Positions 1-7,898 of a DNA stretch of 64,000 bases are shown in pieces (position 1 is the stretch's first letter; every line of letters begins with the position of its first letter). The notes under the pieces were generated by a model. The model did not search any database, was not told the origin of the DNA, and worked only from the letters and a program-made list of their open reading frames with translations. The position numbers were made by a program, and so were the translations under genes. The stretch comes from Bacteroidia bacterium. GTDB lineage: Bacteria; Bacteroidota; Bacteroidia; SpSt-205. Location: assembly GCA_026414975.1 (NCBI GenBank), contig JAOAHZ010000001.1, positions 247,547 to 311,546 on the forward strand, in the 5' to 3' direction.

Positions 1-1
1 C

Positions 2-1849
2 CGCTATACCTACGATGGGCCCCGGCTGAGTTACAACTATGCCTCTAAAGACTATCGGTTTTTCCCCCGCATGTGGAGCCCCTCCCACTACTCGGGGCAG
101 GGACCCTTCAGCTACACTAACTATGTACGCAATAAAGGTACCGATCCGCAGAGTCCCTACGACGATAAACCGACAGGCTTAGAGAATCTGCGGTTCTTTT
201 TTCACTACCAGCTGTATCACATGTACATCCGCTATTTCCTGATGAACTTCGTCGGGCGCGAGTCAGAGGTTCAAGACAGCCGATGGGAGAGCGGCTTGGA
301 GTTTAGCCGTCTCAAGCATTTGCCGTCTCACAAGCGCAAGGACCCCTCTAAGGCTCATTACTACGGGCTTCCTCTGCTTTTAGGGATTTTAGGGTTGAGC
401 TGGCATTACCAACGCAATCGCCGACACTTTGGGGCTATCGCTGCGCTCTTCTTTTTTACAGGCATAGCTATCATTCTCTATCTCAATCAGCCTCCTAATC
501 AGCCTCGCGAGCGGGACTATTCGTATGTAGGCTCGTTTATCGTCTTTGCGATATGGGTCGGCATGGGGGTCGCTGCCTTAGCGGAGACCGCCCAGCGATA
601 CCTCAAGCGCAATCTGGATATGCCTGTAGGAGTTTTGTGCTTAGGGGTGCCAGTCCTCATGGCCGCTCAAAACTGGCGCTCCCATTCTCGCGCAGGGAAC
701 TACGTGCCACCTGACAGCGCCTATAATTTCCTCATTTCCTGCCCACCTAACGCCATTCTCTTCACAAACGGTGATAACGATACTTTCCCCCTCTGGTATC
801 TTCAGGAGGTGGAAGGCGTGCGCACCGATGTGCGTATCGTCAACCTAAGCCTCCTCAACACCGACTGGTATATTTCTCAGCTCAAGTATCAAACGACCAA
901 TGGTGCTCCACCGCTACCGATTTCCATCCGAGATGAGATATTTATGGGAGATAAAGCAGCAACCATGCCGTTCCGACGGCAAGAGCTGCGTTTGCCCATA
1001 GATAAAGTAGCTTTCCTTCAAAACTACCCCGAGGGGGCCCGATTCACCGCCGATACACTTGCAGACACCCTCGTGTGGATAGTCCCTACACGAGGTAGCG
1101 AAAATCAAAGCTATCTCCTCAAGCAGGATTACATGACAATGGACATTATCCTGACCAACCTAAAACAAGGCTGGAAGCGCCCTATTTGCTTTGCGAATAC
1201 CTTGCCCAGCTTTAGTTACATGGGACTACAAGACTACTTGTATGTACGGGGGCAAATCTATGAGCTTCTACCCCTCAAACCTCAGGGTAGCTCGCGTCCT
1301 AACATCTATAACGCCCCCATTCAGGATAGCCTCACGCATGCGCTTCTTACCCAAGTTTATAGGTATCGCAACTTAGATCGGCCAGATATTTTTTACGACA
1401 CCAATACGCTCCGCATGATAGCTAACTACCGATCTGTGTTTTATCGGTTGGCTGATCACTACATTCAAAAAGCCGATACCATGAAAGACTCTACAAAAGC
1501 ATCCGCTCTTAAGGAGAAGGGGCGTGAGCTACTGAGGTATTTACGAGGCCGGATTTCAAAGGAGAGCTGCCCGATGGAACCCTATCAAATCGCCCAGGAG
1601 GCCGGACTATGGTTGGCATTAGGGGACACCGCCGAAGCTAAAGTTTTATATGCAGCCTCTCTTCAAATGCTTAAGGAGGAGGTGGCTTATGCCAAATATG
1701 AGAAAGCTCCTTTGGATGACATGATGACCTACGGCATAGATATGACGGCCAGAGGATTGGTGGCATTAGGGGATACGCTTTTATCGGCCGAAGCGATGCG
1801 GCTATATGAGGAGAGCCGTACTGTTTCTGGGGCTCGCTCTGGGTTTTAG
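2..1849 (+). CDS. DUF2723 / TMEM260-like (GT117) multi-pass membrane glycosyltransferase, 5'-partial
   Basis: Frame is open from position 2 (RYTYDG...FFPRMWS). Family motifs QPRERDYSYVGSF and FTNGDNDTFPLWYLQEVEGVRTDVRIVNLSLLNTDWY are present, with several TM helices. Confidence 0.85.
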   Translation, partial: RYTYDGPRLSYNYASKDYRFFPRMWSPSHYSGQGPFSYTNYVRNKGTDPQSPYDDKPTGLENLRFFFHYQLYHMYIRYFLMNFVGRESEVQDSRWESGLEFSRLKHLPSHKRKDPSKAHYYGLPLLLGILGLSWHYQRNRRHFGAIAALFFFTGIAIILYLNQPPNQPRERDYSYVGSFIVFAIWVGMGVAALAETAQRYLKRNLDMPVGVLCLGVPVLMAAQNWRSHSRAGNYVPPDSAYNFLISCPPNAILFTNGDNDTFPLWYLQEVEGVRTDVRIVNLSLLNTDWYISQLKYQTTNGAPPLPISIRDEIFMGDKAATMPFRRQELRLPIDKVAFLQNYPEGARFTADTLADTLVWIVPTRGSENQSYLLKQDYMTMDIILTNLKQGWKRPICFANTLPSFSYMGLQDYLYVRGQIYELLPLKPQGSSRPNIYNAPIQDSLTHALLTQVYRYRNLDRPDIFYDTNTLRMIANYRSVFYRLADHYIQKADTMKDSTKASALKEKGRELLRYLRGRISKESCPMEPYQIAQEAGLWLALGDTAEAKVLYAASLQMLKEEVAYAKYEKAPLDDMMTYGIDMTARGLVALGDTLLSAEAMRLYEESRTVSGARSGF

Positions 1850-2741
1850 CTGGTCTCAGCCCGTCTGGATAGAAAGGCAGAACGAGCAAGTTAGTCCTCC
1901 CCTAAGGGCACAGGCTTATCGTATAGGCTTAGATGAATGGGTTCTTTTTTTGAAAGTGGAGCTTGAAGCGTGGCTTCCCTACGCCTTTGACACGGTTATT
2001 CCTACTAAGCTCCAGGTTTATACAGAAGAGGGCTTAGCGGCAGAAACCCTAATAACGCTGCCTACTGTACCGCAATGGAAGGGCTCAGTAAAGGGGCGCT
2101 TTCCTCCAAGTTTAGGGGGGGAGATGACGGCTTTGTATCTGTCTTTTCCCGATGCGCCCCAGGGGACTTTCCACACCCGAGTCTATTGGCGCTCGGGTTG
2201 CACACCCATTTGGGTGGAGTCTGAGACCTCCATTCTAAAACCGCCTATCTACCTGCGCAACATAAAGGGGGAGGTCTGGCAAGCCTCGCCTGGGGATAGC
2301 TTATGGCATGTCGCTTTTGAAGCGGCTAAAGTGGATACTACTGTGCCCCTCCCCCCCTATGTGCTGCGAACTTCTAAGCGACCTTACCCTCCAGCGCACA
2401 TGGACTGTGCATGGTATTTGAGGGGCGATACGAGCTCGCCTTTTTGGACTTGTGAAGGGGAGCCCTTTCGGTATAAGCTACCTAAGCCTTCACGCACTAC
2501 GCCCTCTCTTTCGGACTGGCGGGCTGCCTACAGGCTTTTTTCAGATAAAAAGGTGGGGGAACGGACGGATCGCGGACTGGTGTATCTCTTTTATGGCCCG
2601 CCACCGCTGCGCCTACATACCCCAGCACGAGAAGTGTGGGTTTATCCGCAAGAACAGGTGAGTTATCACTTTGTGTGGGAAAAGGGAAGTTGGCGGCTCA
2701 TTCGCCGTTTGGAGTATCAATCGGTATGGAAGCGCCGATAG
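1806..2741 (+). CDS. Exported protein with degenerate GWxTD-like C-terminal domain
   Basis: Signal peptide ends FSWS|Q. C-terminal GERTDRGLVYLFYGPP...EVWVY resembles GWxTDRGxIYxxYGPP. Confidence 0.65.
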   Translation: MRRAVLFLGLALGFSWSQPVWIERQNEQVSPPLRAQAYRIGLDEWVLFLKVELEAWLPYAFDTVIPTKLQVYTEEGLAAETLITLPTVPQWKGSVKGRFPPSLGGEMTALYLSFPDAPQGTFHTRVYWRSGCTPIWVESETSILKPPIYLRNIKGEVWQASPGDSLWHVAFEAAKVDTTVPLPPYVLRTSKRPYPPAHMDCAWYLRGDTSSPFWTCEGEPFRYKLPKPSRTTPSLSDWRAAYRLFSDKKVGERTDRGLVYLFYGPPPLRLHTPAREVWVYPQEQVSYHFVWEKGSWRLIRRLEYQSVWKRR

Positions 2742-3439
2742 TTACGGATTTACGTGCGCTGCGTCGGGCCTTAGAGAATGGTGTATCGGCTGAGCGAATC
2801 GTTTGGAGGCAAGGAACCGCTCCGCCTCCTGCTCTTTGGCAGCTTATCAAGCGGTACAGCATTCCATTCCAGCAAGTTCCGCCCTCTGCTTTACCCGTAA
2901 GGAAGGCTAAGTGGGCCGCTTACCTTAGCCCATTACCGCTGGCATCTATGCAGGCATGGCTAGGGGTAGCCCCTCAAGGCATCGCGGTAGCTGCCTTAGG
3001 TATCACCGATGTAAGGAATGTCGGAGCCCTTCTGCGCAGCGCAGCGGCGTTCGGCGTGAAATGGGTCCTCCTTAAAAGCGAGGGTAGTCCTCTTCTTTCC
3101 TCCGAGGGAATCTGGCGCAGCAGCGCTGGAGCACTCGCTCACCTCAATATCGTGCGAGAGCCTCGCGCTCTCCACGCCCTTCAATCCTTGAGAAGTAGAG
3201 GGTGGCGCTTAGTAGCCACAGTGCCGCCTTCCTATGAAGCTACTCCCTATACCGAATACAACTGGCATGAGCCGTCTATTCTCCTCTTTGGTGATGAGGA
3301 AAAGGGTCTGCCCGAAATCTATCTCCAGTTGTGTGATGTCCGCTTAACCATTCCGCACCTTCCGATTGTAGAGTCCTTGAATGTAAGCGTAGCCGCTGGT
3401 ATTCTCCTTGCTACCGCATACGCTCGCAGCTTGCCCTAA
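2726..3439 (+). CDS. rlmB: SpoU/TrmH-family RNA 2'-O-methyltransferase (RlmB-like)
   Basis: DVRNVGALLRSA, FGDEEKGL and ESLNVSVAAGI SPOUT motifs. ATG at 2726 is preferred to the GTG at 2636. Confidence 0.75.
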   Translation: MEAPIVTDLRALRRALENGVSAERIVWRQGTAPPPALWQLIKRYSIPFQQVPPSALPVRKAKWAAYLSPLPLASMQAWLGVAPQGIAVAALGITDVRNVGALLRSAAAFGVKWVLLKSEGSPLLSSEGIWRSSAGALAHLNIVREPRALHALQSLRSRGWRLVATVPPSYEATPYTEYNWHEPSILLFGDEEKGLPEIYLQLCDVRLTIPHLPIVESLNVSVAAGILLATAYARSLP

Positions 3440-3653
3440 GCCCATTCTTTATAAACGAGATAAGTGCGCGGGGTAGAAGGGCGATAGGCAGGGTTGAAAA
3501 GGTTTATCCTGAAAGAAGGCTTGGATGAAAAGCGTACGCTATGAGCTCAGGACCCGCTCTCAGAAGGAAAACTCCCTTTGAATCTAAGGCCTGACTCTCC
3601 GAGATGATTGAGCAGACGGTGGAAACTCTGTCGTGAGGCAGGGCGATTTTCTT

Positions 3654-3661
3654 TACCTTAG
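3654..3661 (+). promoter_or_regulatory. Bacteroidota -7 promoter box variant (TACCTTAG)
   Basis: Lies 5 nt upstream of ATG 3667. The same 15-mer TTTTCTTTACCTTAG recurs at 63677-63691. Confidence 0.55.
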
Positions 3662-3666
3662 AGGAT

Positions 3667-6600
3667 ATGGGAGCGAGCCGCAAACTGCGTTTATGGGGCA
3701 TTTTCTTCTTGATGGGGTTGGGGGGTATGACTTTAGGATGGCAAGTCTGGCAGGCTCGCAGGGCGGCTAAGCATGAGGCTTATTTATCTGCTTTTCGGGA
3801 GGCTGAGTTCATACTTCTGAAGTTGGAGGTTGCTTTGTGGCAGCAGGAGAGTCGGATGCGGTCTGTCTTATACGAGAAGGTCTCAAGAACAACTTTACCT
3901 CCTACGCTTCTGCGTCAGCCGGAGCTTCGGGGTACGCTCCGAGCGTTAGAGGCGGCTCTTCGGCGCTTACCTATCCCTCCGGACCCGCTTTTGCGCAGTT
4001 TAGTGGAACAGGCTCTTCTTTTAGAGCAGCGACATGCGGGGTGGCGTCGTGCCATAGAGCAGAGCGATCGCAAGGATCAGTATTGGCCCGCTGTAGAACA
4101 GTATTACGCCGAGGGCCCAAGCCTCCTCGCAGCGGTAGAGGCAGAGGTTCGGCGCATGCGAGAAGTCCTCTCTAAACAGAGAAATGCCTTAGTTACCGCC
4201 TATAAAGAAAGCGAAGAAGCAACCGCCCTCATAGGGCGTCTGATGATTGGAGGACTGATTGCAGGGGGGACCTTGATTTTACTGTTAGTAGGTCGGGGTG
4301 AGGAGCAACATCTTCGTAGTGTAGCCGAGGCGATGGCTCGCATGGAAAAAGCCCCTCCGCTATCTGGTTCATGGCTACCTTTGATTCAGTCCTACAATCA
4401 ACTCCTACAACGGTGGAACTTACTCAATGCCGCTATAGAAAGCCTTTCTGAGCAGAAACCCCTAGCTTGGGAGGAGCTCAAGACCTCTGTAGGTCCCGTC
4501 GTAACCGACTTAGAGGGTCTGGCACAGCGCCTCTCTCAGCAGGAGAATGCCCTGCGCAAACTCACCGAGGATAAACGAGCCCTCATGGAGGAGCTGCAAG
4601 CCACCCAGGATGCCTTCACCTCAGAAGTAGAACTCTTAAGGTTGGAACTCGGGGCCCTCTATAACCTCTTTCCGCTCGCAGAGACAGACGAGGAAGGGCG
4701 ATTTGTCAAGCAGAATGATCTTTTCATCCAAACCTTAGGGCAAGTTCAAAGCCTTTCAGCGTTATCTGCTGAGTTAGTGGCTTTGGTTAAAGCCAAAACC
4801 CCTGTTCAGGGAGTTTTTCAGTACAAAAATCGCTCCTACTTGTACGCCTTTCTCCCCTATAGACAAGGCAAAACTGAAAAGGCGCTGCTGGCTTTGGCAG
4901 ATGCGACGCAAGTGCAGGAGCAGGTCCGTACGGCCGAGACGGCTCTCCGCTCGGTCCAGAAGCGTCTGCAGGAGACTGAGGAGACCCTTAGTCGCCTTCA
5001 CCAGCAATACGCTGCCCTCCAAGCCGAATACACCCATGAAGTAGAACGCCTCTTGAGACAGCGACAGAGCCTCCAGACCCTCCTAAAGCTCCCGGCTCTA
5101 CAGAAAGGAGAAGTTATACAGGGTCTTGCGGCGATAGCTGAGGTGGCTGCCACTTTAGAACCGGAGGCTCGCTACAGCTTCTGGGTATTCGGAGAGGAGG
5201 GGGAAGGGCTTCACTGCTTAGAAGCCTATGACCCCACGCTTTTGAGTCATTCTAACACCTTAGACTTGCCGCCTGACGTAGCAGACTGGGTGCGCCTTCA
5301 AGTAGGCACTTCTGGTCCTCACCGTCCAGATATACCAGCTTTGCAGACTTACCTCAGCCAAAGAAAGGTCCATGCTCTATGGATGTTTCCTATTTATCTA
5401 GATGAGGAGCTGGCAGGGGTGTTCTTTGTAGAGCGTATATCCGAAGCCGTCCCTCGCGATACCGAGTACTTCGCCTTATTAGCCCGAGTCGCTTCCCTTC
5501 TCCTCCAGCAAGGGCATCGCAAACTCGTGGAGCAAGAACTTCTCTCTTATTTAGAGCAAGCGCAGGCTCTGGAAGAAGAGCTTCGGCAAAACATAGAGGA
5601 GTTGGAAGCGTCCGCTGAGGAAATGCGTCGTACTCAAGCAGAACTTCGCGGACAAATCACCGCTCTCAATGCTGCCGCTCTTGTGATTGAGCTTAACCCA
5701 GAAGGGCGTATCATATACGTCAACGATGCGGTGTTGAGGCTCTTTGGATATAAGACCGAAGATATCCTTGGGTATCCGTATACTAAGCTTCGACGACCCG
5801 AAGAGGCCCCCTTAGTAGAAAAGCTGTTGGCCCAGCTTAAGACAGGCAAGTCATGGCAGGAGGTGGTGTCTTATGTAACCCCTCTCGGTGAGGAGGTATG
5901 GATTCAACAGACTATCACGCCTGTTCAGCAGTTGGATGGAGAAATCTACAAGTTTATCCTGGTTGGCTTTGACATCACCTTACAGAAGCAGCAAGAGATG
6001 GAAATACAAAATGCACTCATGCTGGCGCGGCAGCAAGAGCTGCTCCTGCGGGAAAATACAGAAGAACTTCGTCGCAGCAATGAAAACTATCGCTCCTCGC
6101 AGCTTCAACTTTCCGCTCAGTTGGAAGCTCTTAAGAATGCCGCATGGCTCTTTGAAACCGATGGAGAGGGCCATCTTAGCTACGTAAGCGAAAATTTAGC
6201 TGAGTCGCTTGGGTATCCCGTAGAAAAGCTGATTGGAATGCATTATGGAAAGCTCTTTTCCGAGCGCCAGCCTCTCGTTATTCTCCAAGGGCACTGGCGC
6301 AGTATCCAAAATGGTCAAACATGGAAATCCGAGGTAGAGTTAGAGGGAGCTTTCGGACATACCTATTGGGCTATCATGTCCAGCACCCCTGTAATAGATC
6401 GTACTTCAGCTGGACACCGAACCTTGATCAAGTCCATCAATGTGCTCTTTGACATTACCGAGCAGAAACAGCAGGAGTTCCGACTTAAGGAGCAGCAAAA
6501 TGCGCTCTCCCGCTTAGCAGCCCACCCTGCTCTTCGGGAAGGCGATATTCCACGAGCTTTCCAAGTTATAGCTGAAGTGGCTTTGGAAACCTTCAAGGCT

Positions 6601-7851
6601 TATCGGGTCAGTCTATGGCTCTACGAAGAAAATGACTTGGCTCGCTGTGTAGCCGTAGCCGAAAAAGAGCCTCACTCCCATTCGGTCGGTACAGTCGTAA
6701 ATCGCTCGCTATATCCCATGTACTTTCAAAGCTTAGAGCGAGAGCAGGTGATCGCTGTAGTGGATGCTCTCTCAGACTTGAGGACGCGAGAGCTGGCTCT
6801 GCCTCTCTTCAAACCTAATAATGTGGCCAGCGTTTTAGATGGGGTGATCCGTACGGGGAAGGATGTGGTCGGGCTTATTAGCGTAGAGCATCGGCACACT
6901 AAACGAGAATGGCAAGTGGATGAGGTCAACTTTCTCAGAACCTTGGCAGCCTCAGCCGCTTCTGTCATAGAGGAGGAGCAAAAAGCCTACGCTCGCCGGC
7001 TTAGTGAGATGAATCGGCAGTTGGAGATTCAGAAGCGCGAGCTGGAGGAGGCGATGAATGACATTCGAGAGAGCATCAAATACGCTAAGCGAATGCAGAA
7101 GAACATTCTGCCTTCGGATGCTCTGCTGGACCGATACCTTGGCAAGGAAAACTACTTTATCATTTGGCGTCCTCGAGACAGGAATGGAGTGGGCGGCGAC
7201 TTTTATTGGTTTAGCGATGCCCCCGGCGATTCGTACATTATTGTGGTGGCGGATGGGACGGGTCATGGCGTCCCGGGTGCCTTCATGACCCTAATCGGCA
7301 GTATTCTCTTAGACCAAATTATCAATAAGAGCCGCATTTTCGTTCCCGACCAGATTCTGCATGACCTTCACATTGGCGTCCGTCAAGTGCTTCGACAAGA
7401 TGTAGAAGGAGAGGAAGTTGCCTCTCGAGACGGAATGGATATCGCTCTGGTGCGCTACTTTCCAAAAGAATATCGCCTCCTCTACGCAGGGGGCAATCTC
7501 CCCCTCTATTTTGTCCATAATGGGGAGCTCAAAGAGATCAAGCCTGATAAGAAAGCCATAGGAGGAGAGCAGCTTGAAGAAGAGCGATTCTTTACCACGC
7601 ATGAAGTGCAGCTTACTCCGGGCGATGTCTTTTTCCTCTTTACGGATGGGGTCGTTGACCAGTTAGGCGGCCCCGACGAAAAGCGCTTCGGTACGCGTCA
7701 GCTAAAAGACTTTATCATGGAGACGATCCACGAGCCTGTGATGTCTCGTCGGAGAGCTTTATTCAATATGCGCTGGAAGGAATGGAAAGACTACGGAAAA
7801 GATCGGGAACAACTAGATGATGTTACGATGTGGGGCATCCGAATCTGGTGA
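3667..7851 (+). CDS. Membrane-anchored multi-sensor SpoIIE/PP2C phosphatase (TM-periplasmic-TM, coiled coils, GAF, 2-3 PAS, GAF, PP2C)
   Basis: PP2C motifs GGDFYWF, ADGTGHGVPGA, DGMD, FTDGVVDQ and QLDDVT. PAS motifs EGRIIYVND and GHLSYVSE. GAF segments RVSLWLY and EHRHTKREW. Confidence 0.85.
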   Translation: MGASRKLRLWGIFFLMGLGGMTLGWQVWQARRAAKHEAYLSAFREAEFILLKLEVALWQQESRMRSVLYEKVSRTTLPPTLLRQPELRGTLRALEAALRRLPIPPDPLLRSLVEQALLLEQRHAGWRRAIEQSDRKDQYWPAVEQYYAEGPSLLAAVEAEVRRMREVLSKQRNALVTAYKESEEATALIGRLMIGGLIAGGTLILLLVGRGEEQHLRSVAEAMARMEKAPPLSGSWLPLIQSYNQLLQRWNLLNAAIESLSEQKPLAWEELKTSVGPVVTDLEGLAQRLSQQENALRKLTEDKRALMEELQATQDAFTSEVELLRLELGALYNLFPLAETDEEGRFVKQNDLFIQTLGQVQSLSALSAELVALVKAKTPVQGVFQYKNRSYLYAFLPYRQGKTEKALLALADATQVQEQVRTAETALRSVQKRLQETEETLSRLHQQYAALQAEYTHEVERLLRQRQSLQTLLKLPALQKGEVIQGLAAIAEVAATLEPEARYSFWVFGEEGEGLHCLEAYDPTLLSHSNTLDLPPDVADWVRLQVGTSGPHRPDIPALQTYLSQRKVHALWMFPIYLDEELAGVFFVERISEAVPRDTEYFALLARVASLLLQQGHRKLVEQELLSYLEQAQALEEELRQNIEELEASAEEMRRTQAELRGQITALNAAALVIELNPEGRIIYVNDAVLRLFGYKTEDILGYPYTKLRRPEEAPLVEKLLAQLKTGKSWQEVVSYVTPLGEEVWIQQTITPVQQLDGEIYKFILVGFDITLQKQQEMEIQNALMLARQQELLLRENTEELRRSNENYRSSQLQLSAQLEALKNAAWLFETDGEGHLSYVSENLAESLGYPVEKLIGMHYGKLFSERQPLVILQGHWRSIQNGQTWKSEVELEGAFGHTYWAIMSSTPVIDRTSAGHRTLIKSINVLFDITEQKQQEFRLKEQQNALSRLAAHPALREGDIPRAFQVIAEVALETFKAYRVSLWLYEENDLARCVAVAEKEPHSHSVGTVVNRSLYPMYFQSLEREQVIAVVDALSDLRTRELALPLFKPNNVASVLDGVIRTGKDVVGLISVEHRHTKREWQVDEVNFLRTLAASAASVIEEEQKAYARRLSEMNRQLEIQKRELEEAMNDIRESIKYAKRMQKNILPSDALLDRYLGKENYFIIWRPRDRNGVGGDFYWFSDAPGDSYIIVVADGTGHGVPGAFMTLIGSILLDQIINKSRIFVPDQILHDLHIGVRQVLRQDVEGEEVASRDGMDIALVRYFPKEYRLLYAGGNLPLYFVHNGELKEIKPDKKAIGGEQLEEERFFTTHEVQLTPGDVFFLFTDGVVDQLGGPDEKRFGTRQLKDFIMETIHEPVMSRRRALFNMRWKEWKDYGKDREQLDDVTMWGIRIW

Positions 7852-7898
7852 AAGCGCTTCTTAATCTGCGCTTCATATAGGTAGGGCTATTTTGCTTC

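Noticed and set aside
3440..3653. Longer intergenic regions (also 25690-26020, 31652-31830, 34319-34548, 44854-45020, 46656-46833) as ncRNA or IS remnants
   Set aside because: By eye I found no shared repeats, terminal inverted repeats or known RNA motifs. A covariance-model search would be needed to exclude ncRNAs.
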